Source of the DNA: a bacterium | Lineage (GTDB): Bacteria > Patescibacteriota > Dojkabacteria > B142 > OLB20 | Reading direction: 5' to 3' | Length of the DNA: 64,000 nt | Assembly: GCA_021463645.1 (NCBI GenBank) | Contig: JAJTYI010000009.1 | Span: forward strand, 93,343-157,342 | Part shown: piece by piece, positions 27,425 to 38,084 of the stretch | How positions within the stretch are numbered: position 1 is the stretch's first letter | Layout: every line of letters begins with the position of its first letter | Translations under genes and position numbers: made by a program | The notes under the pieces: model-generated | Told to the model about the DNA's origin: nothing | Databases searched by the model: none | The model's input: the letters and a program-made list of their open reading frames with translations, nothing else

Positions 27425-28831
27425 ATGAACGATGACAATAAATTAGAGAAAGTTGTGGCTATGTCGAAAAGACGTGGATTTATCTTTCCATCTTCTGAAA
27501 TCTACGGAGGACTTGCTAATACATATGATTTCGGACCATATGGGACGATGTTGAAAGAGAACATAAGGCAACTATGGATAAAGAAATTTGTAAACGAAAA
27601 TGACAATATTCATCAAATAGATTCTAGTGTAATAATCAACCCGGCAGTTTGGGAAGCTAGTGGACACGTTTCAAACTTCGCTGATGTTATGGTAGAGGAT
27701 ATCGAAAATAAAAAAAGATATAGGGCAGACCATATAATTGAAGATTATTACGAAAAAAAGGGGGAAGAAATAAAAGTTGATGGAAAATCAGCAGAGGAAC
27801 TTGATGAGATAATAAAATCACAAGAAATCAAAAGCCCAGACGGCAACAAATTCACAGACGCAAAGAAATACAACACACTATTTGAAACAGAGATTGGAAT
27901 AATTTCGGGTTCGAAAAACAAAGCGTACTTGAGAGGTGAAATTGCACAAGGAATTTTTATGAACTACAAAAACATTATTGATTCAATACATCCTAAACTT
28001 CCTTTTGGTATAGCTCAGACTGGTAAAGCATTTCGTAATGAAATAACAGCAGGGAAGTTTACATTTAGAACTCTTGAATTTGATTTGATGGAATTCGAGT
28101 ATTTCTTTGACAATAACAAAGAGGATTGGAATGAATTGTTTGAATATTGGAAGACTCAGGTTGAAGAATTTGCTATAAGCATCGGGATAAACACGGATAG
28201 TTTCAGATGGAGAGCTCATGAAGAATTCGAATTATCACATTATTCATCGAGAACGGAGGATTTGGAATATATATTCCCATGGGGACCCAAAGAATTGTTT
28301 GCTATTGCATACAGAACTGATTTTGATTTAAAAAATCACCAAGAAAAATCCGGAAAAAGTTTAGAATATGTGTATCCTGATGGATCGAAAATTATTCCAC
28401 ACGTAATTGAGCCAACGTTTGGTTTATCACGAGCAATCACGGTTGTCTTGATGAATGCATATCACGAAGAAGAGATTCAAGGAGAAAATGGATTAACTGG
28501 AAAAAGTAGGGTAGTACTGAAATTAGCTAAGAATTTAGCACCAATCAAACTTTCAATTTTCCCTCTTCAAAAGGACGAGAAAATACAATCCATAGCAAAA
28601 GATATTTATAATAATATTAGAGAGAAATTCTCTGCAGAATACCAAGATTCTGGTAATATTGGGAAAATGTATCGAAAGCAAGATGAGATTGGAACTCCTT
28701 ATTGCGTTACTGTAGACTATGAGACAATCGAAGATAAAAAAGTAACAGTCAGAGACAGAGACACGATGAAACAAGAGAGAGTGGAAATCGATAAACTTGA
28801 AGATTACATAACAAAAGGTTTAACGCAATAA
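27425..28831 (+). CDS. glyQS: Glycine--tRNA ligase (dimeric class II GlyQS type)
   Basis: RRGFIFPSSEIYGGLANTYDFGPYGTMLKENI N-terminus, class II motifs (FRNEITAGKFTFRTLEF, EPTFGLSR), and a C-terminal anticodon-binding domain. Confidence 0.93.
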   Translation: MNDDNKLEKVVAMSKRRGFIFPSSEIYGGLANTYDFGPYGTMLKENIRQLWIKKFVNENDNIHQIDSSVIINPAVWEASGHVSNFADVMVEDIENKKRYRADHIIEDYYEKKGEEIKVDGKSAEELDEIIKSQEIKSPDGNKFTDAKKYNTLFETEIGIISGSKNKAYLRGEIAQGIFMNYKNIIDSIHPKLPFGIAQTGKAFRNEITAGKFTFRTLEFDLMEFEYFFDNNKEDWNELFEYWKTQVEEFAISIGINTDSFRWRAHEEFELSHYSSRTEDLEYIFPWGPKELFAIAYRTDFDLKNHQEKSGKSLEYVYPDGSKIIPHVIEPTFGLSRAITVVLMNAYHEEEIQGENGLTGKSRVVLKLAKNLAPIKLSIFPLQKDEKIQSIAKDIYNNIREKFSAEYQDSGNIGKMYRKQDEIGTPYCVTVDYETIEDKKVTVRDRDTMKQERVEIDKLEDYITKGLTQ

Positions 28832-28839
28832 TTAAACAA

Positions 28840-28865
28840 AAGACCCGCGCGAAGCGCGGGTCTTA
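28840..28865. terminator. Intrinsic terminator hairpin between convergent glyQS and htrA
   Basis: GC-rich stem AGACCCGCGC-gaa-GCGCGGGTCT in an AT-rich context. Confidence 0.7.
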
Positions 28866-28883
28866 ACTTTAAATGGACCTCAA

Positions 28884-30143
28884 TTAATTGAATTCGTTCC
28901 TATCTGCTATAGTGACTTTGATTGTCTCACTTTCTCCATCACGTATTACAACAATATCGACTTCCTCTCCAATTTTCGACCTCTGTATCAGATTTAATAG
29001 TGATTCGTCCTCTAAATCTTTGCCAGCAAATTGCACTATAACATCACCTTCAACAATTCCAGCAGTTGCTGCAGGACTATTTTCTACTACATTCATCACA
29101 ATTGCACCAACTACTCCTTCGTTTTTGTAGAACACTAATCTTCTTTGATATTCAACCCCGAGGAAAGGTAATCTAAAATCACCAAATTCGTTCAACTCTT
29201 GAATTCTTTGTTTTACAAGATTGATAGGAAGTGCGAAAGAAAGGTTATCAGCTCCACTAATTGTCGCAAAATTAACTCCAACAACTTCACCATTGGAGTT
29301 GAGTAGAGGACCTCCTGAATTACCTGGATTGATTGCAGCATCGGTTTGTATTACATCAAAATGAGTACGAGATGAAAATCTGTAGTAATCATCAGATAAT
29401 TCAACTTCTCTATTTAGCGCGCTAATTGAGCCTACAGTAACTGTATTTGATAACGAACCAAGAGGATTTCCAATTGCTATTGCAGTCTGACCAACTTTTA
29501 TATTTGTAGAATCACCTAATGGGAGGACCTTTAAATCCGTTTTGGGTAATTTTAATAATGCAATATCATTTACTTCATCTCTATAAATCTTCTCGACTTG
29601 TATTGGATCGCTTTCTTCTCCAACGACAACGAAGAAGTCTGTTGCATCACCACCGGAAACAACATGTTGATTAGTGACAACAAGACCATTGCTCGAAACT
29701 ACAAATCCGCTCCCAATAATCTGATCAGCAGCATTCGTCCCTCCTGCAATTCCAATCCCAACAACAGAGTCAGAGCTCTCAGCTACAACTTTGGTAACTA
29801 CGCTCTCTAAATCAGTAACCATTATATTTTGATCGTCCTTCTCCTCGTACGAATAGTCTTCGTTTCCATCTACAACTGAAGTTTTACCATCGCAAGAGAA
29901 TCTATCCCATAGTACTGATTCTTCTTGTACTGTAGAGCATAACCAAGTATTCATATAACCACCCAACCAGAGAAAACCGATTAAGGATGCAAGTATGCCA
30001 ATACTAAGGAAAAACAGAATGAGTTTGATTAAAAGTTTTTTAAAGCTGGATTTATGTTTTACTTCTACCGAAGGTGTTTCTTCACTTATCGAGGAATTAG
30101 TTTGAGTGACTTCATCTTGGAACTCTATATCTTTTTTATCCAT
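28884..30143 (-). CDS. htrA: HtrA/DegP-family serine protease with PDZ domain, N-terminal membrane anchor
   Basis: Catalytic triad context VVTNQHVV, NDIALLKL, GNSGGPLLNSNGEVVGVN. C-terminal PDZ (VVENSPAATAGIVEGDVIVQFAG). Confidence 0.9.
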   Translation of the reverse strand: MDKKDIEFQDEVTQTNSSISEETPSVEVKHKSSFKKLLIKLILFFLSIGILASLIGFLWLGGYMNTWLCSTVQEESVLWDRFSCDGKTSVVDGNEDYSYEEKDDQNIMVTDLESVVTKVVAESSDSVVGIGIAGGTNAADQIIGSGFVVSSNGLVVTNQHVVSGGDATDFFVVVGEESDPIQVEKIYRDEVNDIALLKLPKTDLKVLPLGDSTNIKVGQTAIAIGNPLGSLSNTVTVGSISALNREVELSDDYYRFSSRTHFDVIQTDAAINPGNSGGPLLNSNGEVVGVNFATISGADNLSFALPINLVKQRIQELNEFGDFRLPFLGVEYQRRLVFYKNEGVVGAIVMNVVENSPAATAGIVEGDVIVQFAGKDLEDESLLNLIQRSKIGEEVDIVVIRDGESETIKVTIADRNEFN

Positions 30144-30224
30144 ATGATAATAATCTAATAAATTAGTGGAAATATTCTAGCACAAAAATTATGAACTTTT
30201 TGTGAAGTGGAGATTCAATAATAA

Positions 30225-31916
30225 CTATATTTTGGAAGGAGAATTTTTTCTCTTTCTTAGATATACTAACCCAGTCAACGTAATTATTACAGGGATACTA
30301 GCAGAGTTTACAGCCTTATAGATGTTTTTGTCTTCGTTATCAAGTGCCTCAAGTGGTCTCGTAGTAACACCTTTTGCACGTATTGAACTTAAGTCATTTG
30401 AATTTGCCATCCAATCAACAAGGTTCAAAAATAATACAGGATTCTGTTCGTTTGCATTAATAAAACTATCACTCACAAAGTCTGAATCCCCGAAAACAAC
30501 TAACCTTATGTTCTCGGCAGAATCAATTCTTTCATTTTCGTCTGTTCTTTCATCACTTTTACCGGTATCTGCCAAAGTAGGTATATCTTTATCCTTGTAT
30601 GCAGAATCAATTTTACCCTCTACAAGGTATGAAATTGTGTATTTTTTCTGATCTGAAGGGGAAAATTCCTTAAAGTCAATATTAATAACTTCTCCAGATT
30701 CTTCCCATGCTAGATTTGTTGTTGTGATTAGCTCGGTGTAATCCAAGCCATCTTTTTCATTTTTTGTAAGGGGGTTAGTCCAAAGGAAAGTACTCGCTTG
30801 AAGCGTATTTAGTGGAGGAATCTCTCTATTTATTCCCTCGTCTGTAGCCAATACCCAGTATGGATAGGCTATCTGATCAAACCCATTAATAATTGGAGTA
30901 AATGACTCATCGAGTAAGACTTTTGTTTCTACTGTTATTCCATAATTTTCCAAGAATGTATTTAGATTACTTTCTGTCTTTGTCAGAACCGGTGAGTTTG
31001 CACCCAGTTTCAATAGATCTTCAAGTACAAGAAGATTTCCACCATTCATAAGATATTGGTCTAGTTCGAATTTATCTCTATCATCAAGAGGTGCACTTGG
31101 TGCAACAACTACAACAACTGGAAATTCATCTACATTTATTGGTTTTCCACTTGAGAGATCGATTTCCTCAACTCCGTATTGTCTCCCTAATACTTCTTCT
31201 ATGGTAGTTAAACTACTTAATATTGATTGTGACTGTGCTGGTATTCCTGTCTCAGACTCTTCACTCTCAGGACTAGGAAATTTTGAGTAAAAGCCAATTT
31301 TCTTCTTGTCGTCAGATGCAGTGAGCTTTAATATTCTTGAAGTCGTTTCATACTCTAAATTATCTACAGAGGCAACCACTGGAATCACCTCTGTTACGTC
31401 ATCTTTAACGAAAGCTACACCTAGGAAACCCTGTGCAACTGAAAATTTGTCTTGTCCGTATTCACTGAATTGTATTTGTCGAATACCTTTGGTTTGTGCA
31501 CTTGTCTCAAAATCACTTGCTTGAGGATCTTTTATATCTAAGACTACTTTTCCATTTGAAGTTTTTGCGTACTCCTCGAGTAAATCAAGAACATTTTGTT
31601 TTGCTTCTGCAAGGTTGGGAGGAATATTATCCGAAAAATAGACTTCGATTATCACATTTTCTTCAAGTTCACTTATTATATCTTTTGTTGTTTGGCTTAT
31701 TGAGAAGTTTTGTGAGTCAGTAGTGTCTATTCTTACAAAATATTGAAGAGACAGGTAATTTATAAGAATCAGAACAATAACTGTAAGTATTAATATCGCT
31801 TTGTTACTCTTAAAATTATTCAGAATAGAACTGATATTTATTTTCTTAAATGTTTTTAATAATGACTTAACATTAGGTACTTCAATTTTTTTTATTTTTG
31901 GAATAGTAATCTTCAT
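30225..31916 (-). CDS. GldG-like ABC-transporter auxiliary component (ABC_transp_aux family)
   Basis: N- and C-terminal TM anchors, a large extracytoplasmic domain, and translational coupling to an ABC-2 permease and ATPase. Confidence 0.65.
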   Translation of the reverse strand: MKITIPKIKKIEVPNVKSLLKTFKKINISSILNNFKSNKAILILTVIVLILINYLSLQYFVRIDTTDSQNFSISQTTKDIISELEENVIIEVYFSDNIPPNLAEAKQNVLDLLEEYAKTSNGKVVLDIKDPQASDFETSAQTKGIRQIQFSEYGQDKFSVAQGFLGVAFVKDDVTEVIPVVASVDNLEYETTSRILKLTASDDKKKIGFYSKFPSPESEESETGIPAQSQSILSSLTTIEEVLGRQYGVEEIDLSSGKPINVDEFPVVVVVAPSAPLDDRDKFELDQYLMNGGNLLVLEDLLKLGANSPVLTKTESNLNTFLENYGITVETKVLLDESFTPIINGFDQIAYPYWVLATDEGINREIPPLNTLQASTFLWTNPLTKNEKDGLDYTELITTTNLAWEESGEVINIDFKEFSPSDQKKYTISYLVEGKIDSAYKDKDIPTLADTGKSDERTDENERIDSAENIRLVVFGDSDFVSDSFINANEQNPVLFLNLVDWMANSNDLSSIRAKGVTTRPLEALDNEDKNIYKAVNSASIPVIITLTGLVYLRKRKNSPSKI

Positions 31917-32635
31917 TTACCTTTATTTTGAATTTTATTAAAACTAAAAAGCGTAACCATAAAAGTGAGAATCATCACCGAAATGTAATAGAGAACATCT
32001 CTCGAGTCTAAAACACCGCGCGCAATAGATCTGAAATGTGCTCCGAGCCCAATGAACTCCATAATTTGATGATATCTTGCAGGAATAACCTTTAGAACAT
32101 CTTCCTCTCCAACTAAATATAAAATTGCAAGTAAAAACGAAGATATGATAAATGCGATAATCTGGTTTTTGCTATTAACTGATATTGCCAAACCAATGAT
32201 AATGTAAACTGAAGCAACAAGTAACAATCCAAGATATGCCGTCGCTGTTTGCCCGATATCAGGATTTCCCAGATAATTGACTGTGATAAACGCTGGAAGA
32301 GTAGTTAGAAGCATAAAAAATGCAATTACAAGATTACTAAAGAATTTCCCAAAAATTATCTGTAATTTTGTAACAGGTAGAGTCATTAAAACTTCAAGTG
32401 TGCCATTTTTGAGCTCTTCTGCAAAACTTCTCATCGTAAGTGCAGGAATGATTATAATCCAAATCAATGGAATGAATTCGAAAAGTTTTCTAAGATTCGC
32501 TTGATTGTCAACAAATACGTTTCTACTAAAATAAACACCAATCATTAATGCAAACACTCCAATCACAATGTAAGCGACTGGACTTGAAAAATATTCTCTT
32601 AACTCTTTTTTTGTAATATTAAATGTTTGTTTCAC
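31913..32635 (-). CDS. ABC-2 type transporter permease (GldF-like)
   Basis: Six-TM protein overlapping both neighbours by 4 nt. Confidence 0.7.
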   Translation of the reverse strand: MKQTFNITKKELREYFSSPVAYIVIGVFALMIGVYFSRNVFVDNQANLRKLFEFIPLIWIIIIPALTMRSFAEELKNGTLEVLMTLPVTKLQIIFGKFFSNLVIAFFMLLTTLPAFITVNYLGNPDIGQTATAYLGLLLVASVYIIIGLAISVNSKNQIIAFIISSFLLAILYLVGEEDVLKVIPARYHQIMEFIGLGAHFRSIARGVLDSRDVLYYISVMILTFMVTLFSFNKIQNKGK

Positions 32636-33546
32636 TTTGTAAGTTGTTTAAATAGATTTTCTAAATTATTACTTTCAGTATTTAACCTCCTGAGTATCCA
32701 TTTCGATTTTACTGCTGTCTTATAGATGTCAATTGATGCAGTTTCCGGATCCGTTGATATAACTTCGTAAGTATTAAATGTTTTTGACTTTGAGGATAGC
32801 TCTATACTCATAATCGATTTATTTCCAACCAATTTCTCTCTAAAACTATTCAAATTAGCATCGGATTCTACAATAATTCGTGTCCCTTTTATGTGTTTTT
32901 TACTAATTTCTGATGCTTTTCCACTTGCAACTATTTCTCCTTTATTGATAATAATCAATTCATCAGCTATTGACTCAACTTCTGATAATACATGGGAACT
33001 AAATAAAACAGTCTTTTCTTTTCCAACATTTTTAATTAGTTCTAGAATTTCAGACTTTTGATTCGGATCAAGACCTGTAGAAGGTTCGTCTAGAATTAGA
33101 TATTCAGGGCTTCCAATTAAAGCTTTAGCTAAACCTACTCTCTGTTTATAACCTTTTGATAGTTCATTAATTTCTTTTTTGAGAACTGATGTAAGACCAC
33201 ACTCTACGGCAAGTTTTTTTAAATCATCTTTATCACTATTTTTTACATTATTAATCATCAAAAGAAATTCGTCTACGCGCATATTGTCGTATAGGGGATT
33301 GTTCTCTGGGAGATAGCCAATTTTTGAGGAAATATCAATTTTATTCTCTAATAAATCTTTACCTTCGTATGAGACGGTACCTGAATCAGCATATAAATAA
33401 CCTGTCATTATTCTCATTGCAGTAGTTTTACCAGCACCATTAGGACCTAGAAATCCATAAATAATACCGGGCTTTAGAGAAAAACTAACATCCTGCAATG
33501 CGATTGTATCACCATATTTTTTGCTTACAGATTCTACTTTAATCAT
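32632..33546 (-). CDS. ABC transporter ATP-binding protein (GldA/CcmA-like)
   Basis: Walker A GPNGAGKTT, signature LSKGYKQR, Walker B LILDEPSTGLD. Confidence 0.9.
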   Translation of the reverse strand: MIKVESVSKKYGDTIALQDVSFSLKPGIIYGFLGPNGAGKTTAMRIMTGYLYADSGTVSYEGKDLLENKIDISSKIGYLPENNPLYDNMRVDEFLLMINNVKNSDKDDLKKLAVECGLTSVLKKEINELSKGYKQRVGLAKALIGSPEYLILDEPSTGLDPNQKSEILELIKNVGKEKTVLFSSHVLSEVESIADELIIINKGEIVASGKASEISKKHIKGTRIIVESDANLNSFREKLVGNKSIMSIELSSKSKTFNTYEVISTDPETASIDIYKTAVKSKWILRRLNTESNNLENLFKQLTK

Positions 33547-33685
33547 TTACAGTGGAGTAAAACATTTGACTAGAAATGAATTATAACCATACTCAGATTT
33601 CTATTGCAAGAATTTCATCTATATTCCCATCAATTAGTTTATCTAAAGAGCATTTCCGGGACAAATATTAATTTCAGTTATTTGC

Positions 33686-33726
33686 TTGACAGTTTTAGTT
33701 TGCAGGTATAATATATGAACGTTCAT
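33686..33726 (+). promoter_or_regulatory. Promoter (TTGACA / TATAAT-TAATAT) overlapping a 12-bp palindromic ArsR/SmtB-type operator
   Basis: TTGACA at 33686-91, TATAAT at 33707-12 (15-nt spacer) or TAATAT at 33709-14 (17-nt spacer). The perfect palindrome ATGAACGTTCAT at 33715-26 lies 10 nt before the regulator ATG. Confidence 0.55.
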
Positions 33727-33736
33727 TCATATATCT

Positions 33737-34042
33737 ATGTCGGAAATAATTTTAAAAAAAACCAGTATTTTGAAAATACTTGCAGATCCGTCAAGATATA
33801 AAATATTAGAGCTACTGATTAATTCAAACGGCAAACTTTGTGTCGGAGATATAGCAGAACAGTCAAAAAATTCACCATCTGCAGTATCACATCAATTAGC
33901 AAAGCTTGAATCAGCTGGGTTGATTAGTCCTTCAAGAAATGGACAACAAATATGCTACCGTTTAGAAAGTAACGAACAAGTAGATATTGTTTTAAAAATT
34001 ATGAAAACCTTAAGTACAAAAAATTTATATTCAATTAATTAA
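33737..34042 (+). CDS. ArsR/SmtB-family transcriptional regulator
   Basis: ILADPSRYKILELL...LCVGDIAEQSKNSPSAVSHQLAKLESAGLI wHTH. Confidence 0.85.
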   Translation: MSEIILKKTSILKILADPSRYKILELLINSNGKLCVGDIAEQSKNSPSAVSHQLAKLESAGLISPSRNGQQICYRLESNEQVDIVLKIMKTLSTKNLYSIN

Positions 34043-34066
34043 TTTATTATTTTATAAGGAGTAATT

Positions 34067-34384
34067 ATGAACGTAACAGATCAAAATTATAAAGAAGAAG
34101 TATTAGACTTCGATGGGGTGGTATTAGTTGATTTCTGGGCTCCGTGGTGTGGACCTTGCAGAATTCAAGGACCTATTGTCGAAGACTTAGCGGAAAAGAT
34201 GAAATCTAACCCAAAGGTGAAGATTGCTAAACTCGACACGGACCAAAATCCAAATGTATCTATGGCAAATCAAATCTTTAGTATTCCTACACTTATCATC
34301 TATAAAAACGGTGAGGTAGCAGATAAATTAGTTGGTTTGAGAAGCCCAGAAGAATTAGAGCAAAAGATTAAAGAACTGCTATAA
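34067..34384 (+). CDS. trxA: Thioredoxin
   Basis: WAPWCGPCR active site; 105 aa. Confidence 0.93.
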   Translation: MNVTDQNYKEEVLDFDGVVLVDFWAPWCGPCRIQGPIVEDLAEKMKSNPKVKIAKLDTDQNPNVSMANQIFSIPTLIIYKNGEVADKLVGLRSPEELEQKIKELL

Positions 34385-34405
34385 TAATGCAGTTATATCT
34401 AAAAA

Positions 34406-35734
34406 ATGAGTCAATCGAATAATTATCAACCAAGAACACTTCAAGGTTTCAACGACTACTTTGCAAACGATGTCCGAATTAGAGAATATACCAAGAATCT
34501 ATTTCGGACATCTTTTCAAAAATATGGGTTTGAACCATTAGAAACGCCTGCCCTTGAGTTTAGTGAGCTTATGCTCGGTCAAAGTGGAGAAGAAGCGGAG
34601 AAACAATATTATCGCTTCAGAGACAACGGAGATAGAGATGTAATGCTCAAATTTGAAGTGATGATTTCGATGTGTCGTGCAATTGCTCAGTCTTATAACG
34701 AGATTGTTTTTCCTTACAAGAGATATCAAATCCAAAATGTATGGAGAGCCGAGAAAGTCCAAAAGGGAAGATACCGTGAGTTCACTCAAATGGATGCTGA
34801 TATTCTCGGAACAGAATCAATGTTAGCTGATGCAGAAATCATCCAGATGGGAATTGAAGTAATCAAAATGCTAGGTTTTGAAGATTTTTCGGCCCGTATT
34901 AGCAACAGAAAATTTTTAGAAGGATTAGCTCAGTATTACAAAATCGATAAATCTAAATACTACGGCTTTTTTATGACAATTGATAAACTCGAGAAAGTTG
35001 GAAAAGATGCGGTGATTGCGGAACTCGTGGAAAGAAGAGATATAGAAACTCAAATTGCAAATGACAGTATTAACACATTAGTAAAAGGTAGTGAAATCAA
35101 TGATTTTAAAGAAACAATTAGATTCTTTGAGAGTACATTAGGACAAACCGAAATTGGTGAAGAAGCACTAAGTGAGATATCTCAAATAATAGATTATCTT
35201 TTCTCAGTAGGCATTGATAGCAAATATTATAAATTTGATCCTACTATTGCTAGAGGATTAGCGTCATACACTGGACCGGTATGGGAATTCACTGTTTACG
35301 ATGGAGGGGTAGGCTCCATTGCAGGAGGAGGTAGGTACGATAAAGCTATCGAAAAATATATTGGTAAAAATATTCCTGCAACTGGAATTTCATTTGGTCT
35401 AGAACGTATTTCGGACATTATTAAGTCTAGAAATATGTATAATCCTCAAAATGACTTAAAAGTATTAGTGACTGTTTTTTCCGAAGATGTAAAAAGCAAA
35501 TCAATTGAAGTAGCGAATGAATTAAGAAACAAGGATATTCCAACAATGCTTTATCCAGAGATTGCGAAATTAGAAAAACAATTTAAATATGCTGACAGGA
35601 AAAACATTCCCTATGTGATAGTAATAGGTCCTGATGAATTATCCTCTAACACAGTTCAACTAAAAGACATGTTAAACAGAACTCAAAATCAGATGGATTT
35701 AGAAAATTTATACAAGACAGTAAGCTCTAACTAG
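34406..35734 (+). CDS. hisS: Histidine--tRNA ligase
   Basis: Class II motifs (RYREFTQMDADILG, GGGRYD, ATGISFGLERI) plus a C-terminal anticodon-binding domain, so HisS rather than HisZ. Confidence 0.88.
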   Translation: MSQSNNYQPRTLQGFNDYFANDVRIREYTKNLFRTSFQKYGFEPLETPALEFSELMLGQSGEEAEKQYYRFRDNGDRDVMLKFEVMISMCRAIAQSYNEIVFPYKRYQIQNVWRAEKVQKGRYREFTQMDADILGTESMLADAEIIQMGIEVIKMLGFEDFSARISNRKFLEGLAQYYKIDKSKYYGFFMTIDKLEKVGKDAVIAELVERRDIETQIANDSINTLVKGSEINDFKETIRFFESTLGQTEIGEEALSEISQIIDYLFSVGIDSKYYKFDPTIARGLASYTGPVWEFTVYDGGVGSIAGGGRYDKAIEKYIGKNIPATGISFGLERISDIIKSRNMYNPQNDLKVLVTVFSEDVKSKSIEVANELRNKDIPTMLYPEIAKLEKQFKYADRKNIPYVIVIGPDELSSNTVQLKDMLNRTQNQMDLENLYKTVSSN

Positions 35735-36599
35735 AATGTTCTTTAAGAAATATTCTAGGAATCCGTTTTTTGGGTAGATATGTTTTTAATGTATATGAAA
35801 GCAATTCTATAAACCCAGGATCTACCTTTTTCGAATATACAATAAACGGATCTTTCCGAATTACTCTTAGTTTCCATTTATCAAGTCTAGTAGCATACTG
35901 TATAGGTCTTCTGTATCTTCTTGGAATAAATTTATATCCTTTTTCACCAATACCAACCCATTCTTCGAATCTATCAAATTGTAAATTCATGAAGTTTTTA
36001 AAGTCTTCTGGCTGTTTGATTATGATTTCATAATCTAGACTTTCTAAATTGAATTTTCGCAAATCTGATTTTGGAAAATACTGCCTCCCTAATTGTAAAT
36101 CCTCGTTTATATCACGTATGAAGTTTATCCATTGTGCTGATCTACCTAGATATTTCGCTGTCTTATATGCATCTGCTGGTAAATCGAGTACTTTGCACAT
36201 AAATAATCCAATTACTTCTGCCACTCCATATGAATATTCTAAAGTATCCTCTAGTGTATTATAAGTTTTACCACTTTGGTCCATCAACATACTTTCAAAC
36301 AATGCTTCAACCCATTCATCCTTAATCCCTTTCTCCTTTTTAATTCGGACAAATTCCTGAATAAGCTTAACATCTGAATGCTTGGTTTCTAATATTTTAT
36401 AATATTCCGCACGTATTTCATCAAAACTTAACTCTGTTTTTTCAGGTTCGTCAATTGAGTCATCAACAAATCTACAAAAGTTGTAAACTGCAGTAACATC
36501 TTCACGAATTTGAGATGGGAATCCAATTGCACTAAAAAAATATCTTTTACTTCCTTTATAAAATCGAGTGAAAAATTGTATCTTTTCTATTATTTTCAT
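35727..36599 (-). CDS. crtB: Phytoene/dehydrosqualene synthase family protein
   Basis: Asp-rich motifs CRFVDDSIDE and RDINEDLQLGRQYFP of the squalene/phytoene synthase family. Confidence 0.85.
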   Translation of the reverse strand: MKIIEKIQFFTRFYKGSKRYFFSAIGFPSQIREDVTAVYNFCRFVDDSIDEPEKTELSFDEIRAEYYKILETKHSDVKLIQEFVRIKKEKGIKDEWVEALFESMLMDQSGKTYNTLEDTLEYSYGVAEVIGLFMCKVLDLPADAYKTAKYLGRSAQWINFIRDINEDLQLGRQYFPKSDLRKFNLESLDYEIIIKQPEDFKNFMNLQFDRFEEWVGIGEKGYKFIPRRYRRPIQYATRLDKWKLRVIRKDPFIVYSKKVDPGFIELLSYTLKTYLPKKRIPRIFLKEHSS

Positions 36600-38080
36600 T
36601 AAATTGGATGATCCTTCATAATTAATTTTTCAGTCGTTTCAGCTGTTAGTAATACTCCAGGTACTCCCGCTCCAGGATGTGTGCTGGCACCAACCAAGTA
36701 GAGATTTTCAACATCTTCACTTCTGTTATGAGGTCGGAAGTTGGCACTTTGGAATAATGTTGGTTGCACTCCCCAAGCACTTCCTAGGTAATTATTTCTT
36801 TCTGAAAGAAAATCCATCGGTGTGAATACTTCCAGAAAATCAATATTTTTCTGTAAATCTTTCATGCCAAAGTCATTCTCCAAAAAGTTGAGTACTCTTC
36901 TTGTAAACCTATCTTTCTCAACTTTCCAGTCAACATCAGCTTTGAGATTTGGAGTAGGAATCAAAACATACATTGATTCACAACCTTCAGGAGCCATTGA
37001 ACTATCGGTTTTAGTTGGAACATGTAGATACATCGAAAAATCATCCGCCAGTATTTTATTTTCAAAAATATCATCAATTAGTCCTTTGTATCTTTCGGAT
37101 AAAATCAAAGTATGATGCATCAATTCTGGATATTGTTTTTTTGTACCAATGTAGGCAAGATAACAACTCATAGAATATTTCATCTTATTTACATTATCTT
37201 TCTTCCATTTAGTGAGTTTATCTTGTTCAATTAAATCTTTGTACGTGTGAGCGAAGTGAGTATTTGAAACAACTAGGTCAAATTTTTCTTCACCATTTTT
37301 TGTTTTAACACCAACAGCTTTTCCATCCTCTATAATAATTCTATGGACTTCAGTTGAAGTCTTCACGATTCCTCCATGCTTTTTGAAAACTTTCTCTAGT
37401 GCCTCAATCAAAGAATACATTCCGCCTTCTGTAAACCAAACTCCTCCGACTTTCTCAAGATATGGAATCATCAGGTATAAAGAAGGAGAGTTAAAAGGAC
37501 TACCTCCAATAAACAATGGATGGAAAGAAAAGATGAATCTGCTCCTGAAATCCTTGAAGAAAAATTTGACGTTAGTATAGCAAGATAACATTGATTTTGT
37601 GCTGATTATTTTGGGCGCCGCCTTGAAAAAGTCCTTCATTGATAAAAATGGTTGTGAGCCCATCCTGTCCGAAATAACTATTTTGTATAATTTAGAAGAA
37701 TATTCCATAAACTTATCATATGCTTTCGCATCATCTTTATTGAATTTTGCTAATTGACTTTTCATCGCATCGCTATCACCGTTGTAATCTATGAATGTTT
37801 TATCGTGAAAATAGATTCGATAATATGGATCTAGTGGAATGTACTCTAGATATTTTTCTCTTTCTTCACCAGTCGATTTAAAAACATCATCGATTATTTC
37901 GGTAGCCGTAATTAAGGAAGGCCCCATATCAAAAGTATATCCATCTTTCTTAAGCTGGTAAGCGTGACCTCCCACTTTTTCTTGTTTCTCGTAGATTGTT
38001 ACTTTGTAGCCACGACCTTGTAATCGCACAGCTAAGGCTAATCCACCAAATCCCGAACCAATTATTGCTACTGTTTTCAT
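36599..38080 (-). CDS. crtI: Phytoene desaturase (CrtI family)
   Basis: N-terminal FAD fold VAIIGSGFGGLALAVRL...YEKQEKVGGHAY, and C-terminal LYLVGASTHPGAGVPGVL. Confidence 0.88.
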   Translation of the reverse strand: MKTVAIIGSGFGGLALAVRLQGRGYKVTIYEKQEKVGGHAYQLKKDGYTFDMGPSLITATEIIDDVFKSTGEEREKYLEYIPLDPYYRIYFHDKTFIDYNGDSDAMKSQLAKFNKDDAKAYDKFMEYSSKLYKIVISDRMGSQPFLSMKDFFKAAPKIISTKSMLSCYTNVKFFFKDFRSRFIFSFHPLFIGGSPFNSPSLYLMIPYLEKVGGVWFTEGGMYSLIEALEKVFKKHGGIVKTSTEVHRIIIEDGKAVGVKTKNGEEKFDLVVSNTHFAHTYKDLIEQDKLTKWKKDNVNKMKYSMSCYLAYIGTKKQYPELMHHTLILSERYKGLIDDIFENKILADDFSMYLHVPTKTDSSMAPEGCESMYVLIPTPNLKADVDWKVEKDRFTRRVLNFLENDFGMKDLQKNIDFLEVFTPMDFLSERNNYLGSAWGVQPTLFQSANFRPHNRSEDVENLYLVGASTHPGAGVPGVLLTAETTEKLIMKDHPI

Positions 38081-38084
38081 TTTA

